Counted from the stretch's first letter, positions 26,315 through 40,450 are shown. The stretch: 64,000 bases of DNA from Squalus acanthias (GCA_030390025.1 CM059430.1:61876001-61940000), one strand, 5' to 3'. Notes: generated from the letters alone by a model not told the origin. Numbers and translations are program-made.

Positions 26315-27942
26315 TTCATGAGACCCAAGTCTGCACCCTCGACCCAATTCCCACAAAACTGTTGACCACCCAACTTCCTTTTCTGGCTCCCATGTTAGCT
26401 GCCATTGTTAACGGTCTCGCTATTCAGGTACTGCCCTGCTGCCCCTCAAATCACCCCTCTCCTCGAAAAACCATCCCTTGATCACTGCATCCTTGCAAAG
26501 TACTGCCTCACCTCCAACCTCCCTTTCCTCTCCAAAGCCCTTGAACGTGTTGTCACCTCCCAAATCCGTGCTCATCTTTCCCACAACTCCATATTTGAAT
26601 CCCTCCAATCAGGTTTCCACTCCTGCCACAGTACCGAAACAACTTTCATCAAAGACACAAATTACATCCTTTGTGACTGTGACTGTGACAAAGGTAGACT
26701 ATCCCTCCTCGTCCTTCTTGACTTGTCTGCAGCCTTTGACACGGTTGACAATTCTCTCCTTCTCCAACGCCTCTCCACCATCGTCCAGCTGGGTGGGACT
26801 GCACTCGCCTGGTACCTTTCTTATCTATTTATTCATATCCAGAGTATCACCTGCAATGGCTTCTCTTCCCGCACACGCATCATTACCCCTGGTGGCCCCC
26901 AAGAATCTATCCTTAGTCCCCATCGATTTTTCATCTAAATACTGCCCCTTGGCGACATCATCGGAAAACACAGCATCAGTTTCCACATTACGCTGATGCC
27001 ACCCAGCTCTAACAGTTCTCTCGGCACCTCCACGTTCTCTAGATTGTTAGATTGCTTGTCCTGACATCCATTTCTGGATGAGCAGAAATTTTCTCATGTT
27101 AAATATTGGGAAGACTGAAGCCATTGTTTTCGGTCCCCGCCACAAACTCCGTTCCTTAGCCACTGACCCCATCCCTCTCCCTAACATCGGTCTGAGGCTG
27201 AACCACACGGTTCGCATCCTTGGTGTCATATTTGACCATTAAATGACCTTCTGAACACATATCATGGCATAACTAAGACGGCCTGTTTCCACCTCCGTAA
27301 CATCGCCGTCTCCATCCTTGCCTCAGCTCATCTGCTGCTGAAAACCTCATCCATGCCTTTGTTACCTCTGGACTTCACTATTCCAACGCTGTCCTGGCTG
27401 GCCTCCCATGTTCTACCCTACGTAAACTTGAGGTTATCGAAAACTCGGCTGCCTTGTCCTAACTCACACCAAGTCCCGATCACCCATCACCCCTGTGCTC
27501 GTTGACCTCATTGGTTCTGGTTAAGCAACGCCTCGATTTCAAAATTCTCATTCTTGTTTTCAAATCCCTCCATGGCCTTGCCCCTCCATATCTCTGTTAT
27601 CTTCTCTAGCCCCACAACTCCCCGAGATATCTGCGCTCCTCTAATTTTGCCCTCTTGAGCATCCCTGATTATAATCGCTCGACCATTGGTGGCCGTGCCT
27701 TCTGCTTCCTCGGCCCTATGCTCTGGAATTCCCTGCCTAAACCTCTCTGCCCCTCTAGCTCTCTTTCCTCCTTTAAGTCGCTCCTTAAAACCAATCTCTT
27801 TGACCAAGCTTTTGGTCACCTGCCCTAATTTCTCCTTATGTGGCTCGGTGTCAAACTGTTTGTCTTATAATAATCCTGTGAAGCGCCTTGAGACATTTTA
27901 CTACGTTAAAGTCGCTATATAAGTACACATTGTTGTTGTTGT
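26315..27942 (+). mobile_element. L2-clade LINE, RT region to 3' end
   Basis: QSGFHSCHSTET...LLDLSAAFDTVD; (ttg)n tail. Confidence 0.85.
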
Positions 27943-30900
27943 AGCGCATCGTATCATAAGTCACTGACTCTGCTTATATTATGTACGTCTGCATCAACCA
28001 TTTTTTAAAAGTTAAGGTAAATGATATAAAATATAGTCAATCCCCCATAGTGCTGCAGAAGGCGAGTCAAACAGAAGTGTAGTCATCAGGTGCAGCAGGG
28101 TTAAAGGCTGGGTGATATTTGGACTAGTCCATCCATTCCTATCTCGATACCCATTTAAAGCCATATAGATTCTGTCCTGTGAATTTATTTTATAATGAAC
28201 ATTTCCCGTCTTAAACCCGCTAGGCTGCAATTACGCCTTCCTGCCAGTGACGGCGCTGCAATGTGCCGAATGCGGGGAGGGCGTAATTACAGCATGACAA
28301 ACTTACAGAAGGAATTGCCATTTTAAATGCGGGTAAAATAATTGATAATTGTAAAGTTGACAGGTAGTATGCACTGATATAATATATCGTAGTGGGGGAA
28401 TTTTGCACTGTTTTAAGTGCTGTCTTTAAGATTAACTATGGACCCATCTGCCTGTTTAGGTAGAAATAAAATATCCAATGGCATTTTTGAAGAAAAACGA
28501 ACAGTTCTCCCAGTTTCCTCGTTAGCAAACCTTCCAAAATTAGCAGGTTTGTGAACTTATTTGGTGTTTGGGTGCCGTTAATTCAGTGTTATTGAACATA
28601 TGACGCCACAGTTAATATCTGCACACCGCTAAATTATATCAGCAGTTGTTTCTGTGTCTACTTATACTCAACACATGAAGTGACAACCGAAATATAACCT
28701 GATTTTGAATATTTCTGATTTTAGTATAACTTAACTTCAAACTACAATTCCTCCTTTTAAAAATCGGTTGCGTGAATTTTGCATTAATCGCGGTGAATGG
28801 TGTGAGGGCTGAGGAGTGGGACGATTTCCTGCTTTACTTATGTAGTTGTCTGCTGTGTGCTATGTATAACAAAATTCCGAATCCGTTCATAACGAAAAGT
28901 TTGCAATTTTGTTACATTAATAGAGAGGCAATTTCATCATGTCAGCACGACCCTGAAGCAAGGCAGGCATGAGTTCACCACATGGCTCAACACCAACCTG
29001 AGTAGAAATCTGGCATGTAGAACAGTAGATGTTTTGCACTCCCATACTAATTATCCAGTGGTTTCTCTCAGTGAGAGTGACAATAAGTTCCAAACTGGGC
29101 GATTTTGTTCTGTTACCCACGCCCAGCAGGAACAGGCCAACCCTTTTTCGGACGTTTACTCTCAGGAGAAAGTAACCTCTACCATTAAATTTCAATGCCA
29201 CAGAAGTGCACGTTGCCACTGAACGGAATTGCAAGAAATGTCGCGAGAGCTTTTGAAGCAACTGTTTTAATTGGTTTCTGAACATCACCAACTGAGGGGG
29301 ATATAAATAAATCACATTGTTTCAATCACATAGCACAGTAACATAAATCATTAAATAAGTGTATGAAATATCTGCAGTTACATAAATCACTAGCCGGTTC
29401 AAAATTGTTCCTTAAGGACGTGTTCAAAACTTCATTCTTTACATTGCTTTAATGTTCCATGCAAAAGAAAATGCAGCCATAGTTAACGTATTCAATGAGG
29501 CAAATAAAGGCTTATTTAACTTTGCGTTGTCATGATTGCTCAGCAATGTCTCTTTCTTCGTTGTACAGAGTGGGTGGCGGGGGTGGGGGTGGGGGTAGGG
29601 AGGATTTTTTTTTTTTTACAAAACACCAGATCTGGCGTCTTCTGAAAAAGCTTGTGTTCACTGAACTCAGAAACGAGCAGCAGTAAGTGCATGCTCGCTA
29701 TTCTCTACACAGACTATTACCGGCAGCGACAGTGCTGCATGTTTGGAGCTGTCGGCTCCTGCCTTGTTGGGCTTGTTTTCCGTTGACAGAGTGATACCGC
29801 TGGAAAGACCTTACACTGCAAGCTCGGGCTTCTTAGAGAGGTGCAAACTTCCGTCGTAAAATGTTCTCAGAATCTGATGAAAACACAGAAAATTCTATTG
29901 TATCAATTGGGTTAAATATTTTCTTGTAAATTTTGGAATTCGGATGTTACAAGCCTTGTTTCCAGCTGTAAACCTCATCTTAATGGTGAAACGAAAACAA
30001 ACGATTTTCAAATAATCCAGTAACATGATTGTTCCTCTTTATTTAATTTGTACTATTTGTTGCTTTTTAGAAATGAAAACCTAATTTATACACGTCAGAT
30101 GTAAGTATTATACAGCGATGCAATCTCGAGATAGCTTGTGATGGCATTGTCCTGCCAGAATGGCGAGGTTTTAAATTTCCAAAGTCATTAAAACCGACAG
30201 TTTGAGAATTCGTTAAATTCTGGAATTGACCAACTCTCTCGTGTTTCTGTCTGTTCTGAGTGCATTGTCGTCCAGGTATTGAGTACGTGGGTGAACCGTT
30301 GTGGTCACGTATGAGAAACTAAGATCCAAGGGCCATGGTGTAACTCACCATCAAGTTTGAATAGAATTATGGAACAGACGAGGTAAAATAGAAATCAGGT
30401 TACGAAAGTGTATTTGTAACATTAATAGGTAACTGTCTACATTCTGCTATGCTGGTTCTGGATACAGAGACTAAATTACAATGAATATAGGCTGTTACTA
30501 TAACTCACGTCTTAATGTCCTCTTAACGTCTTGAGTATTCACAATGATACTAGATACACCGATTATAGGATGATTTTATAATTCATATAGTACTTTCCAG
30601 CTGTGACCGTGTGATGAAACTGGATTTAAATGGGAAATAATTAATATTGGTACAACATAGTCATTGTCAATCATTTATTTTGATAACCCCTCACTGACAC
30701 TTACTTTTTGAAATTGCTCATTACTATGTTAGACCGAGTATCAACTCCACTGATTCTGTTTCTTCTAACTCAGATATTGACGACATTGTCCCAAACTTGC
30801 TCTTGATTGGTTGTCAATGGGTTAGTCATCACGCCCTGGTGGAAATCCATTAACTTCGTATCTCCGAATCCAGATTAATTGCCCTGTAATTCCACGGAGC

Positions 30901-31049
30901 TCCCACCAGTCGCTGGCGAGAGAACGATGGCAGCCCCAGGGAATCTATTCTCTGGGGATTCAAGCGTCTCCTACCAGTGTGACGTGCGGCACTGGTGCTA
31001 GTGCCGTGGAATATCGGGAAATGCTTTGAAGAATTTCTGCGGGGGTTCT

Positions 31050-31395
31050 CCAAATCTCCATACCTAACTTCGGCAGAATCTCACAATCTCTGTCACCTCT
31101 TCCAGCCCTACAACCCTCCGAGAACTCAGCGTTCCTCCAATTCCGTCCCCTTGTGCACCCGTAGATTAAGCTGCCTATGCCCTAAACTCTGGAATTCAAT
31201 CCCTAAACCTCTCTGCCTCTCTACCCCTCTCTCTCCTTTAAGTTATAGAACGTATCATTTTGACCAAGCTTTCGGCCATCTGTATTAATATCTCCTTATA
31301 TGGTTGTGTGACAAGTTTTGTTTGATAGCTCTCCTGCGAAGCCACTTGGGGCGTCTTACTATATAAAAGGTTTTGCATAAATGCACGTTGTTGTT
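31050..31395 (+). mobile_element. L2 3' fragment
   Basis: Homologous to 27580-27940. Confidence 0.75.
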
Positions 31396-32607
31396 AAGGT
31401 GGCAGAATTCATTGAGCAATGATGCGAACGCCTTAAAACGCATAAATTTGGAACATAACTGGAATTAATGGATAAATACTGGGGTGCAGACATTGATTGT
31501 GGTTCAAATTGGAACTTTAATTAAATCCTTATGTTTATTCCTGCTGATGTGTTTTTGATTCATCAAGATGTTGGCCCCGAAGTTATGCGAGGGAGTTATC
31601 CGGTTGCCCGCCTTCACTTACAGATCGACAGAAACATCAGGAAAATGGCATTGGTAGGTAATGTGGAGAGGGTAACAGTACATAATAGGGGACATGAACT
31701 GCTCGGAGGTAGCCAGGGAGAAAATAATCGATTCCGTTCAAAATAGGTAGAATTTCTTAGAATCCACCCTATACTGTTTCCTTTGCGAGTCCAAAACGGA
31801 AGGATGTAGTGTTGGTTTCGGTTACGGGCAGTAAAGCAGGATAAGTTACTGAGCTGAAGCCACAACCTTACCCGCTCGGTGCAACAATTCGGAATTTGGG
31901 ACGGGATGCTAACAATTACTGTCCAAATCATGTTAATGGATAAAAAGCATGGACTGCATATGTTGAAGTCTCTGATATGCCCAGTCTTTCGTTAAAGCTC
32001 TAAAATTGGAAGCATGAACTCTGAAAATTAGATCCTTCTGTATCAAAGGGAATGGATAGAGAGATGGATTGGTCATAGAAAGTAAAGAATAGGGGTTTCT
32101 TGGAATCTTGTCTAGGTATCTTTAGTTTTACATTTGTATAAATAAATTGAGCACTTACATGCCTACAGCTATTGCAACTATGCCCCTATTGTTTTAAAAC
32201 TGAGCGGTGTTTAAATAGTGTGTTATGAATATAGAATGGTACATCCTACAGAGCTCGCTATAAACTCGGTGTTCCCGTCGATTGGTTACTGCGGCGAAAT
32301 CCACTACAACAAGGAAGCCAATTGCTTGTGTGGGATCCGAGGTCCTGATTGTAAACTGTGGAAACTATTTGCTGGATTTAATGAAAGCTCAATTTTTCCC
32401 GACTCAGAATTATAACGATAATCTGCAACAAGCGAATAATACTTAATTGGCGAATTAAATACCTTTCTGAGTGGGGTGCGGGGTGGTGGTGGTGAGAAAA
32501 TAAAACGTGTTGGCACAGAGTTACTATAGAGACCATGCAAATAAATTCAATCTGTTTGAGTCCGTTAAGTGGATTATCCATTCATTTACACGCATTATTG
32601 CATTGAA

Positions 32608-32725
32608 ATACACAGAATTTACAGCACAGAAACAGTCCATTCGACCCAACTGCGCTATGCCGGCGTTTATGCTCCGCACGAACCTCCTCCCACCCTACTT
32701 CATTTAACCCTATCAACATATCACC
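32608..32725 (-). mobile_element. Very short CR1 3'-tail insertion
   Basis: Reverse-complement similarity to 46390-46500. Confidence 0.65.
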
Positions 32726-32984
32726 AGACTTCGTCCTTATTCTTTTTATGTGTTCATTGTAATATAAAGCGAAACTGTTTAATTGCAGCAATGATTATTG
32801 AGCATGGCGCCAGCAGCAAAAAATAATCATCTGCAAATTTACCAGGACGGAGAAAGCCAAGCGGTCCTCCAACAGCTACTATACATTTGGGTTGTGCATG
32901 TTAACAGTTTAACCCTCTTGTATATAATCGCAGACAGTGTTTTCAGTAAGAAGAAGTGCAATCTTCTGACCTGTCCTGCATTCA

Positions 32985-33190
32985 TTCAACAAAAGCAAAA
33001 CACTGCGCACGCTGGAAATCTGAAATAAAAACAGAAAATGCTGTAAAACCCTCAGCAGGGCAGGCAGAATCTGTAGAGAGAGAAAGAGAACTGATGAATG
33101 GTCATCGACCTGAAACATTACTCTGGGCTTCTCTCCATAGATGCTGCCTGGCCTGCTGAGTGTTTTCCAGCACTTACCGTATCTTTATTC
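32985..33190 (+). repeat. Palindromic interspersed repeat with a hammerhead-like core
   Basis: gctggaaatctgaaataaaaacagaaaatgctg ... ctgatgaatggtcatcgacctgaaac ... gctgagtgttttccagca. Confidence 0.6.
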
Positions 33191-33488
33191 CTTCATTGTT
33201 ACAACGGGGAATACCTGTGCACTTACTACCGTCTGCCAGTCACTCTTGTTATGATGCTGAAATGCTGGTTACAGGCAGTCTGGGAGCAGGATTTCCGTCT
33301 GTAGTGCCCCTCCTGTGAAATCCCGAATGATGGTGTCTTACCTCTGCCCACTGTCCTGATGTGGTTGAAGCCGGTCGGTTTGATGCCGCATTAGAAACGC
33401 TTTGTAAAATCTGCTCCTTCATCGCCTCCAAGTTTTAGTTCTGAGATGTAAAACACTTTGACAGGAACATCTTGAATTAGTAATATTC

Positions 33489-33640
33489 CTCACAAAATTG
33501 TAGGTTCTGGACAAATGTCTAAAGTCAAACAGAGTTCGGGCAGTAAAGCACAAATGGTTACAATTATGGAGAAATTCCTGCTTCACTGGTGCAAGTCTGT
33601 TGGATTTTAGACATTTGTCCAGAACCTACAGTTTTCTGAG
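33489..33640. repeat. Inverted repeat, 62-bp arms, 28-nt spacer
   Basis: 33489-33550 versus reverse complement of 33579-33640: 52/62 identical by hand count, 25-bp perfect core. Confidence 0.85.
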
Positions 33641-35444
33641 CCGATGTAATCAATGTTGCAGTATTGTAGTACATGAAGAAATTACATCGAGTGTCAGGGA
33701 TTTAGCCAGTGTTACCGTATTGAAACTGTATGTTGATGAATAAATAAAACGTGCAGCATGTATCTCAGTCATAACCTGACCTGGAGCAGTTAGGCTCACA
33801 GATGTCGCATTAGAAATTATTTGCAAGTAACATTCCTCTAAAAATGGTTACAATTATGGAGCGATTAAATAAGATGCGCATCATTTTATATTTCTCTATT
33901 TATATTTTGGACAATATACGCAGCTGCAATTTGGGAGCCAATGTGATCAATATTATACTATTGCAATGCATAAAGAAATTGCATCGAATGGCAGCGATTT
34001 AACCAATTTGAGTGACCAGAACTTCTGTGTGGACGAATAAATAAAACGCCAGAAAATGCATTCAAGAATAATTTCTGCGGCTTGCCTTGCACTTAATATA
34101 TTATATGAAAACGGAAACAATGGAACACGTATAGACGCCTTAAAGCGGATCGAATAAATATTGCAGACTGTTTCATTGATGAGGTTGAGATGTTACAAAG
34201 GCAAATATGAAAATGAATCGCTGTTAGATCTGAATATCATATATTTTTGCAATTACATTAATAACCGCCATTATTCGACACTCAATGCGATTTCATGATG
34301 TTGCAATTAACAGAGCTAAATTTAAACTTTGAACAGTTGGTGCTTCGAGCTGAGCTACTGAGCCATGTTGTTTACTTAGCTCCAGAAAGCGATACGCTCG
34401 TCTCAATATTTAGCAAAGCATCTCGTGCAGCTAAAAAAAACTTTGGTCAATGCTTCCGTTGATACGTTACATTCTATCAGATTCCAGGACTGATAGGATG
34501 CCCATATATTCATGTTTTTACTGCTGTACGTGAATGTGTTACTTTCGTTTACGTAATTATCAACATAATCTACTCCACGTTTATTTAATCTCCATCTCGG
34601 AGCTAACGAATTGGTATTAGATCAGAAAATATCATGTGACATAGATTACAACATAATGCTAGGTAAACAGTTGCACATTTACTTGTCATCTCGCAGGCCC
34701 TTTGTCATAAAACTGCTATTCTCTTGCAGAATGCTGAACTAATCAAGCTCAGTCAGCACGAATTTCTAAAAGGCAGCTCGTGCTTCAATTACAGAATTCA
34801 ATAAAGAAAGAACAGAGGGAATAAGTAAATGAAATGCAGCAGATGAAAGTCATGTGGATTTTCAAAACGCATTTGCTACGGTATCACCTACGATAAAATC
34901 ACACGGAAGCAAGTGCTCCGTGGCCAGATGGATAGGGAGATGGTTGGAAGAGATAAAACAAAAACGTTTAAGGATAAAAGTACGTTTCTAGTAGTGGCAA
35001 GATTTGCCGAGTGGTGTCCCACGGACACTATGTTAGGCTGCTTTTACAGACTTTAAACATCAATGATCCTGTTTGGAAATTGAGGGAGCAACATTAAAAT
35101 TTGCAGATGATAATTAAAGGGGAGTCGGGAAGGCAATTATGATGCAGATACTGAATTGGTGCAGACGACATCGATAATTAGCTCGAAGGGCAGGTGGATG
35201 GTTGATGTAGATTGCAGAGAAATGAGAACCAGTACATTTTGGAGGTAAAAGCTGGAACAGGAAATGCATCATGAATGGTAGGATTTTTAATCATGCAGAG
35301 GAGCAGAGAGATCTCAATGAATGATTGCAACATAAGTTTATTATGCAATAAAAGTGTAAAGGGAATGTCTTGGTTTAGTGTTTGGTGATATAGCATAAAG
35401 CAGGAAGAGGTAATGCCCAACTGATGTAAGAGCCTGTGTAGAAC

Positions 35445-38095
35445 TCATAGAGTCATAGCGACATAGAGTCATAACGGCTCAGAAGGAGGCCATTCGGCCC
35501 ATCCAGTCCGTCCCGGCTCTCTGTTGAGCAATCCAGTCAGTCCCATTTCCCCGCTTTAGCCCCGTTGCCCTGCAAGCTTATTCCCCCAAGTGCCTATCCA
35601 GTCTCCCCTTGAAAACGTTGAGCGTCTCCGCTTCCAGCACTTCCGTCGGCAGCGCGTTCCAGGTCCTCAACACTCGCTGCGTAAAAAAGTTTTTCCTCAC
35701 ATCCGCCCTGTGTCTCCTAGTCCTTGTACCATCAACTAGTGGGAACAGTTTTTCCCCGTCTAGCCTACCAAACCCGTCATAATCTTGTACACCTATATAA
35801 AATCACGCATCAACCTCCTTTGCTCTAATGAAAACAAATCCAGCTTCTCCAACCAGTCCTTGTAGAAAAGATCCCCCATCTCCTGAACCATTCTGGTAAA
35901 TCTCCTCTGCACCCTCTCAAAGGCCTTCACATCCTTCCTAAAGTTTGGTGACCAGAACTGGACGCAATAATCCAGTTGTGGCCTAACCAGCGCTTTATAA
36001 AGGTCCAGCATAACTTTTCTACTTTTGGACTCAATACATCTATTTATGAAGCACAAGATCCCATGTGCTTTGGTAACCACTCTCTCAATATGTCCCGCCA
36101 CCTTCAGGGACCTGTGCAGATTAACTCCCAGGTCCCACTGTTCCTGCACACTCTTTAAAACTATGACATTTTGTGTATATTGCCTCTACCTGTTCCTGCT
36201 GCCAAAATGCATCACAGCACACTTCTCTGTATTAAATTCCATCTGCCACTTGTCTGCCCATTCTGCTAGCCTTTCTATGTACTGTTGTAGTCGATTGGTA
36301 TCATCTTCACTGTTTGCCACACCCCCAAGTTTGGGTGTCATCGGCTAATTTAGAAATTCAACTTTGTATTCCAATATCCAGGAACACCACTGTCTACCAT
36401 CCTCCAGTCTGAAAAAGAGCAATTTACCACAACTCACTGCTTTCTGTACTTAAGCCAATTCCTTATCCAAGCTGCCACTGACCCACCTATTCCATGAGCC
36501 TCAATTATGTAAACCAGACTTCTAAGTCTTACTTTGTCAAAGGCCTTCCTAAAATCCATGTAGACAACATCCACTGTATTCCCTTCAACAATCCTCCCTG
36601 TTACTTCATCAAAAAAATCAATTAGCTAAGTCAAACATGAACCGCCTTTTACAAATCCATGTTGGCTCTCCTTAATTAGCTTAAACCTCTACAAGTGCCC
36701 GTAAAAAAAATTCTTGATTATTGTTTCTAAAACTTTACCCACCACTGATGTTAAACTGACTGGCCTGTAGTTACTAAGATTGTCCGTGCACCCTTTCTTG
36801 AACAACGGTGTCACATTTGCCACTTTCCAATCCTCAGGCACCTCCCCCGCATCTAGGGAGAATTGGAAAATTATGGCAAGCCCTTCTGCTATCTCCTCCC
36901 TCAGTTTCCTTAGCAACCTGGGATGCAAGCCATCTGGACCAGGCGACTTTTCCACTCAAAGCATACCCAGTCTTTCTAGTATATCCTGTCTTTCAATTTT
37001 CACCCCTTCCATTGCTTCTACCTCTTCCACTTCTACCAATATCTCTTTCCTAGCTCCCTATGGTCTGCCTGCAGGACCTCATCCATCTCTCTGCCTATGT
37101 CGTTGGTACCAATATGGACAACGACCTCTGGCTGTTCACCCTCCCCTCTCAGAGTGTCCTGCAGCCACTCAGTGACATCCTTGACCCTGGCACCAGGGAG
37201 ATGACATTGCATTCTGGAATCACGTCTACATCCACAGAAACGCCTATCTGTTCCCCTAACCAATGAATCCCCTATCACTATTGCTCATCCACTCTTCTTC
37301 CCCCCCCCCCCCCCACAACCCTATGCAGCTGAGCCTCCCATCGTGCCTATGGCATTGGCTCTGGCTGTTCTCCCCAGAGGAGCCATCACCCCCACCAGTT
37401 TCCAGAACTGTGAACCAGTTAGCAAGCGAGATGTACTCTGGGGATTCCTGCCCTACCTGCCTGGACCTCCTTCTCTGTCTGCTGGTCACCCATTCCCTCT
37501 CTGCGTGCACCCTCTGAGGCTGCGGGGTGACCACTTCTAGAAACATGCTTTCAAATATCTCTCAGCCTCGCGGGTGCACTGTAGTGACTCGAGCTGCCAC
37601 TCCAGCTCCAAAACCCGGAGCTCGAGTTGCTGCAGTTGGCGACACTTCCTGCACACCTGGTCCTCCAGGCCGCAACAAGCGTCCAGGATATCCCACATGG
37701 CACATGATGTGCAAATCACGGACTGAGCTGCCCTGCCATGCCTCTATTTACCAGACTATGGACGTAATTTAGCAGAAATAAACTTAACAAGAAACACTTA
37801 ACAGCTACCCACCAATCAGCACCTCCCTCTAATAGATATTCTATGAACGACTTAGCAGAGTTATACTGAAAACAGAACAACAACAAAACTTACCACAAGT
37901 ACTCACCCTATACTCACCTCAGCTCCCTTGTGCCAGCGACAGCCTTTGAATTCTGATATCACTCCTTCGTTGTGTCGCTTGCCGGCTGTCTCACTCGCAG
38001 GAAGTCCGCTCGCTCACACTCCAGGTCTCTGCTCCTCGCTGCCTTTATCCCCGGTCTCCGACTCCATTCCTCCCGCAGGTCCGCTCGCTCAGACT
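35445..38095 (-). mobile_element. CR1 LINE with 5'UTR, ORF1 and RT, internally deleted
   Basis: ORF1 Cys motif (CTSCAMW...CRKC) and SGNH esterase-like IGDSLVRG...VVVHIGTND, then an abrupt jump to KSPGPDGLHPR at about 37030. Confidence 0.9.
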
Positions 38096-39559
38096 CGAAA
38101 CTATGAAAGAATACAAAAGCAAATTACAAGGGGCCGTCCTAAATGACCAAGAATGGAGTGTTATTATTAGAGAAGCACGAACGTTTTTCACTGGAGCTGA
38201 AGAGACTGAGGAGTGACCTGGTAGAGGTTTTCAAGACTATGAGACGTTATGATAAGCAAATAGTGATAGAATATTTCCAATGACCAGTAGACGGTGACGC
38301 GTGCGCATAACTTTAACATAATCGCAAAAAATGAAGAGGTGAAATACTCTTTGCACAGAGGTTGGTTAGAATATGAGCTGTGGACGTTATCTGTCACAAA
38401 AAGTTCTTGAATCACTGCCCAGGAATTATTTTAGAAGTGAATTAGATGCTTGAAAAAGAGGTATATTAAAGATATTAGAAATCTAAAAGTAAAACGGAAC
38501 TAACTAAGTATTTCATATGGGGAGAAAAAAAGTACACATTTTTAGAGCCGCGTGATCTAAATCTGTGCTGTTACATTCTAGGATTCTAAAATGCTTGTTA
38601 ATGCACACAGACATCAAACCAGAACAGTTAGGCCGAGCAAGAGGCAACGGATTCACTTCGTTTTGTAAATTTGGAGCTAAAGGCTTAGTCACTGGAACTG
38701 TTGGACTGCCTTTCTTCCAGTAACTAGCCGTAAATGTTCTATCCCTATAATTCAAGTGATCTACTTCCTCAATACTCACAGTTTCATCGTGGAAACGGCT
38801 AGTTAATCTTCAGCTGACGAGGCCAGCCACGCTACAATAGATAAATGGCTGTAGTTCTGTGCTCTTTCTTGCGGCTTAATTCTGAACCTCTAGTTGCGTG
38901 TCAAACCTTATAATCTGCTAATATCGACATTATCCACCTCTGAAATTTTTAAATCCTGCATCACCGTTAATTCGGAACTTTCCCCAATAAAAATGCATTC
39001 AGCTCTGTAGGGATTTTCTTACAACTTCAGTACGATATCCCGGATTCATAATTGTTGCTCGTCTGAGAACTCTCTAGAAACACTATCCTTTTGAAGACAA
39101 AATCTAATGAGAATAATCGAGGTTATTCCTTTGGTAGCAACTTGGAATTGTCTGGGCGCATCGTTTCAAATAGGAATGGATAGTAATACAGAATTTAAAG
39201 AAAGGCATCTCATGCTCCATCAACTGCACTCTGTGTTCAGAGGGTTTATGGATGGGTGCAAATCGGGAGAATCGCCTGCACTTGAAGTCAGGACGCAGTA
39301 ACGCAACACATAAATCAAAACTCACAAAGGTTTACTCGCAAAGAAAATCACGAACGGTTGATTAAAAGAGAGATCTAATAATCTTTATTTTTATTGAATT
39401 GATGTATGAGGATAATTCGATACAGCAAAACAATTAGCGTATCACTGCAGATATTTGTCATCTATTAAGTACTACAGACTGATCAAAAATGTACAAGCAA
39501 GGTTCATTTAATTACAAGTACTTAAATGAAAATTCCTCAAATATTTAAGCAATAACAAA

Positions 39560-39952
39560 CAATTACACCTACATTGTATGATATAATACTGGAATACTTT
39601 ACTCTGTTTTCATTTGTTATTTTTGGATTTCCTCGTTTTTTGGAGCCTGACCACTCTAGAGTCGCGTAAGTCCCTTGTTTGTTCGGTAAATCCGTGTTTG
39701 GAAAGATTGTTTATGGGTCGGTTTGCAGTTTCTTGGCTGCTGCTCAAAGTAGTCATCAGAATAACACACAAACAACCTGAGCTACAATACACGACTAGAG
39801 TCAGCCAACCTTTTATTCTCCATTATCGCATGCATGTTGATGCTACTGTGGTGATCTGTGTCTGTCTCATCCGCTTCTCAGCCCCGCCTGAGGGTACGCG
39901 GCCCTCTCCTGTTCAAGTTTAATTCTTGGAGTTTACAAAGTGCTGCTCAAAT
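39560..39952 (-). pseudogene. Decayed remnants of the ITIM-coding exons of copy C (probably now 3' UTR/flank)
   Basis: Old frame reads YAAIDLSSTL*TPRIKLEQERAAYPQ; donor GT>GC at 39886-39887; last acceptor AG>CG at 39684-39685; remnant TYATLE with an upstream deletion. Confidence 0.75.
39812..39817 (-). terminator. Candidate poly(A) signal AATAAA for copy C
   Basis: About 135 nt after the premature TAG, followed by GT-rich sequence; absent at the homologous site of copy B. Confidence 0.4.
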
Positions 39953-39988
39953 CTATTGCAGCATATTAGCGATTTGAGCATTTGCTTC
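39953..39988 (-). CDS. Receptor copy C exon 6: truncated terminal coding exon (EANAQIANMLQ*)
   Basis: Acceptor ggcccatgtag; homologue of copy B ITIM exon 15991-16092, but a 1-nt deletion before TAT-GCT-GCA gives TAG at 39953-39955. Confidence 0.7.
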   Translation of the reverse strand, partial: EANAQIANMLQ

Positions 39989-40359
39989 CTACATGGGCCG
40001 AAACAAAATATGTTGTTATGTGTATGTGTCATTGCTTTCACCAGTTCACGTACTGCTGGTGAAACATTGAACAGAATGACCTGGGCTAGAGAAATAGCAC
40101 AAAAACCATAATGAATATCTTTAAATAGTACGAATATAAAGGCCGATAATTACTGCAATCACTGTAACTAATATTTAAACATGTCGATGTTCTCTCTACA
40201 ACACTGTGACAGACATCTTTAAATGTGCAGCAGATCTAGAACAGGAATTCATTAAGCTTTTCCCCCCAAAAAAAACAATTATTACCTAGGTACAGTTTCA
40301 ACGAAACTGACAGTTTTCTTTTGTACTCTTTAACCATTTATAACAGCACACATCGGGAG

Positions 40360-40450
40360 CGGGGGAGAAATTGGTCTTCGGCGGTAGCGCGAAACGGGCG
40401 ATAGCGAATCCGCAAACCGTTTCACACCGCGCCCGATTTTGTTTTCGGAA
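40360..40450 (+). mobile_element. Harbinger/MITE terminal fragment in a copy C intron
   Basis: gggggagaaattgg start similar to the TIR at 22275. Confidence 0.5.

Noticed and set aside
29680-29875. Possible decayed tyrosine-motif tail exon (KHAALSL...NSEHA) on the minus strand
   Set aside because: No tyrosines at the motif positions, stops present, no linked V, C1 or TM; similarity too weak
33342-33440. Exon-like segment with good acceptor and AG|GTAAGA donor on the minus strand
   Set aside because: Stop codons in all three phases and no recognisable homology
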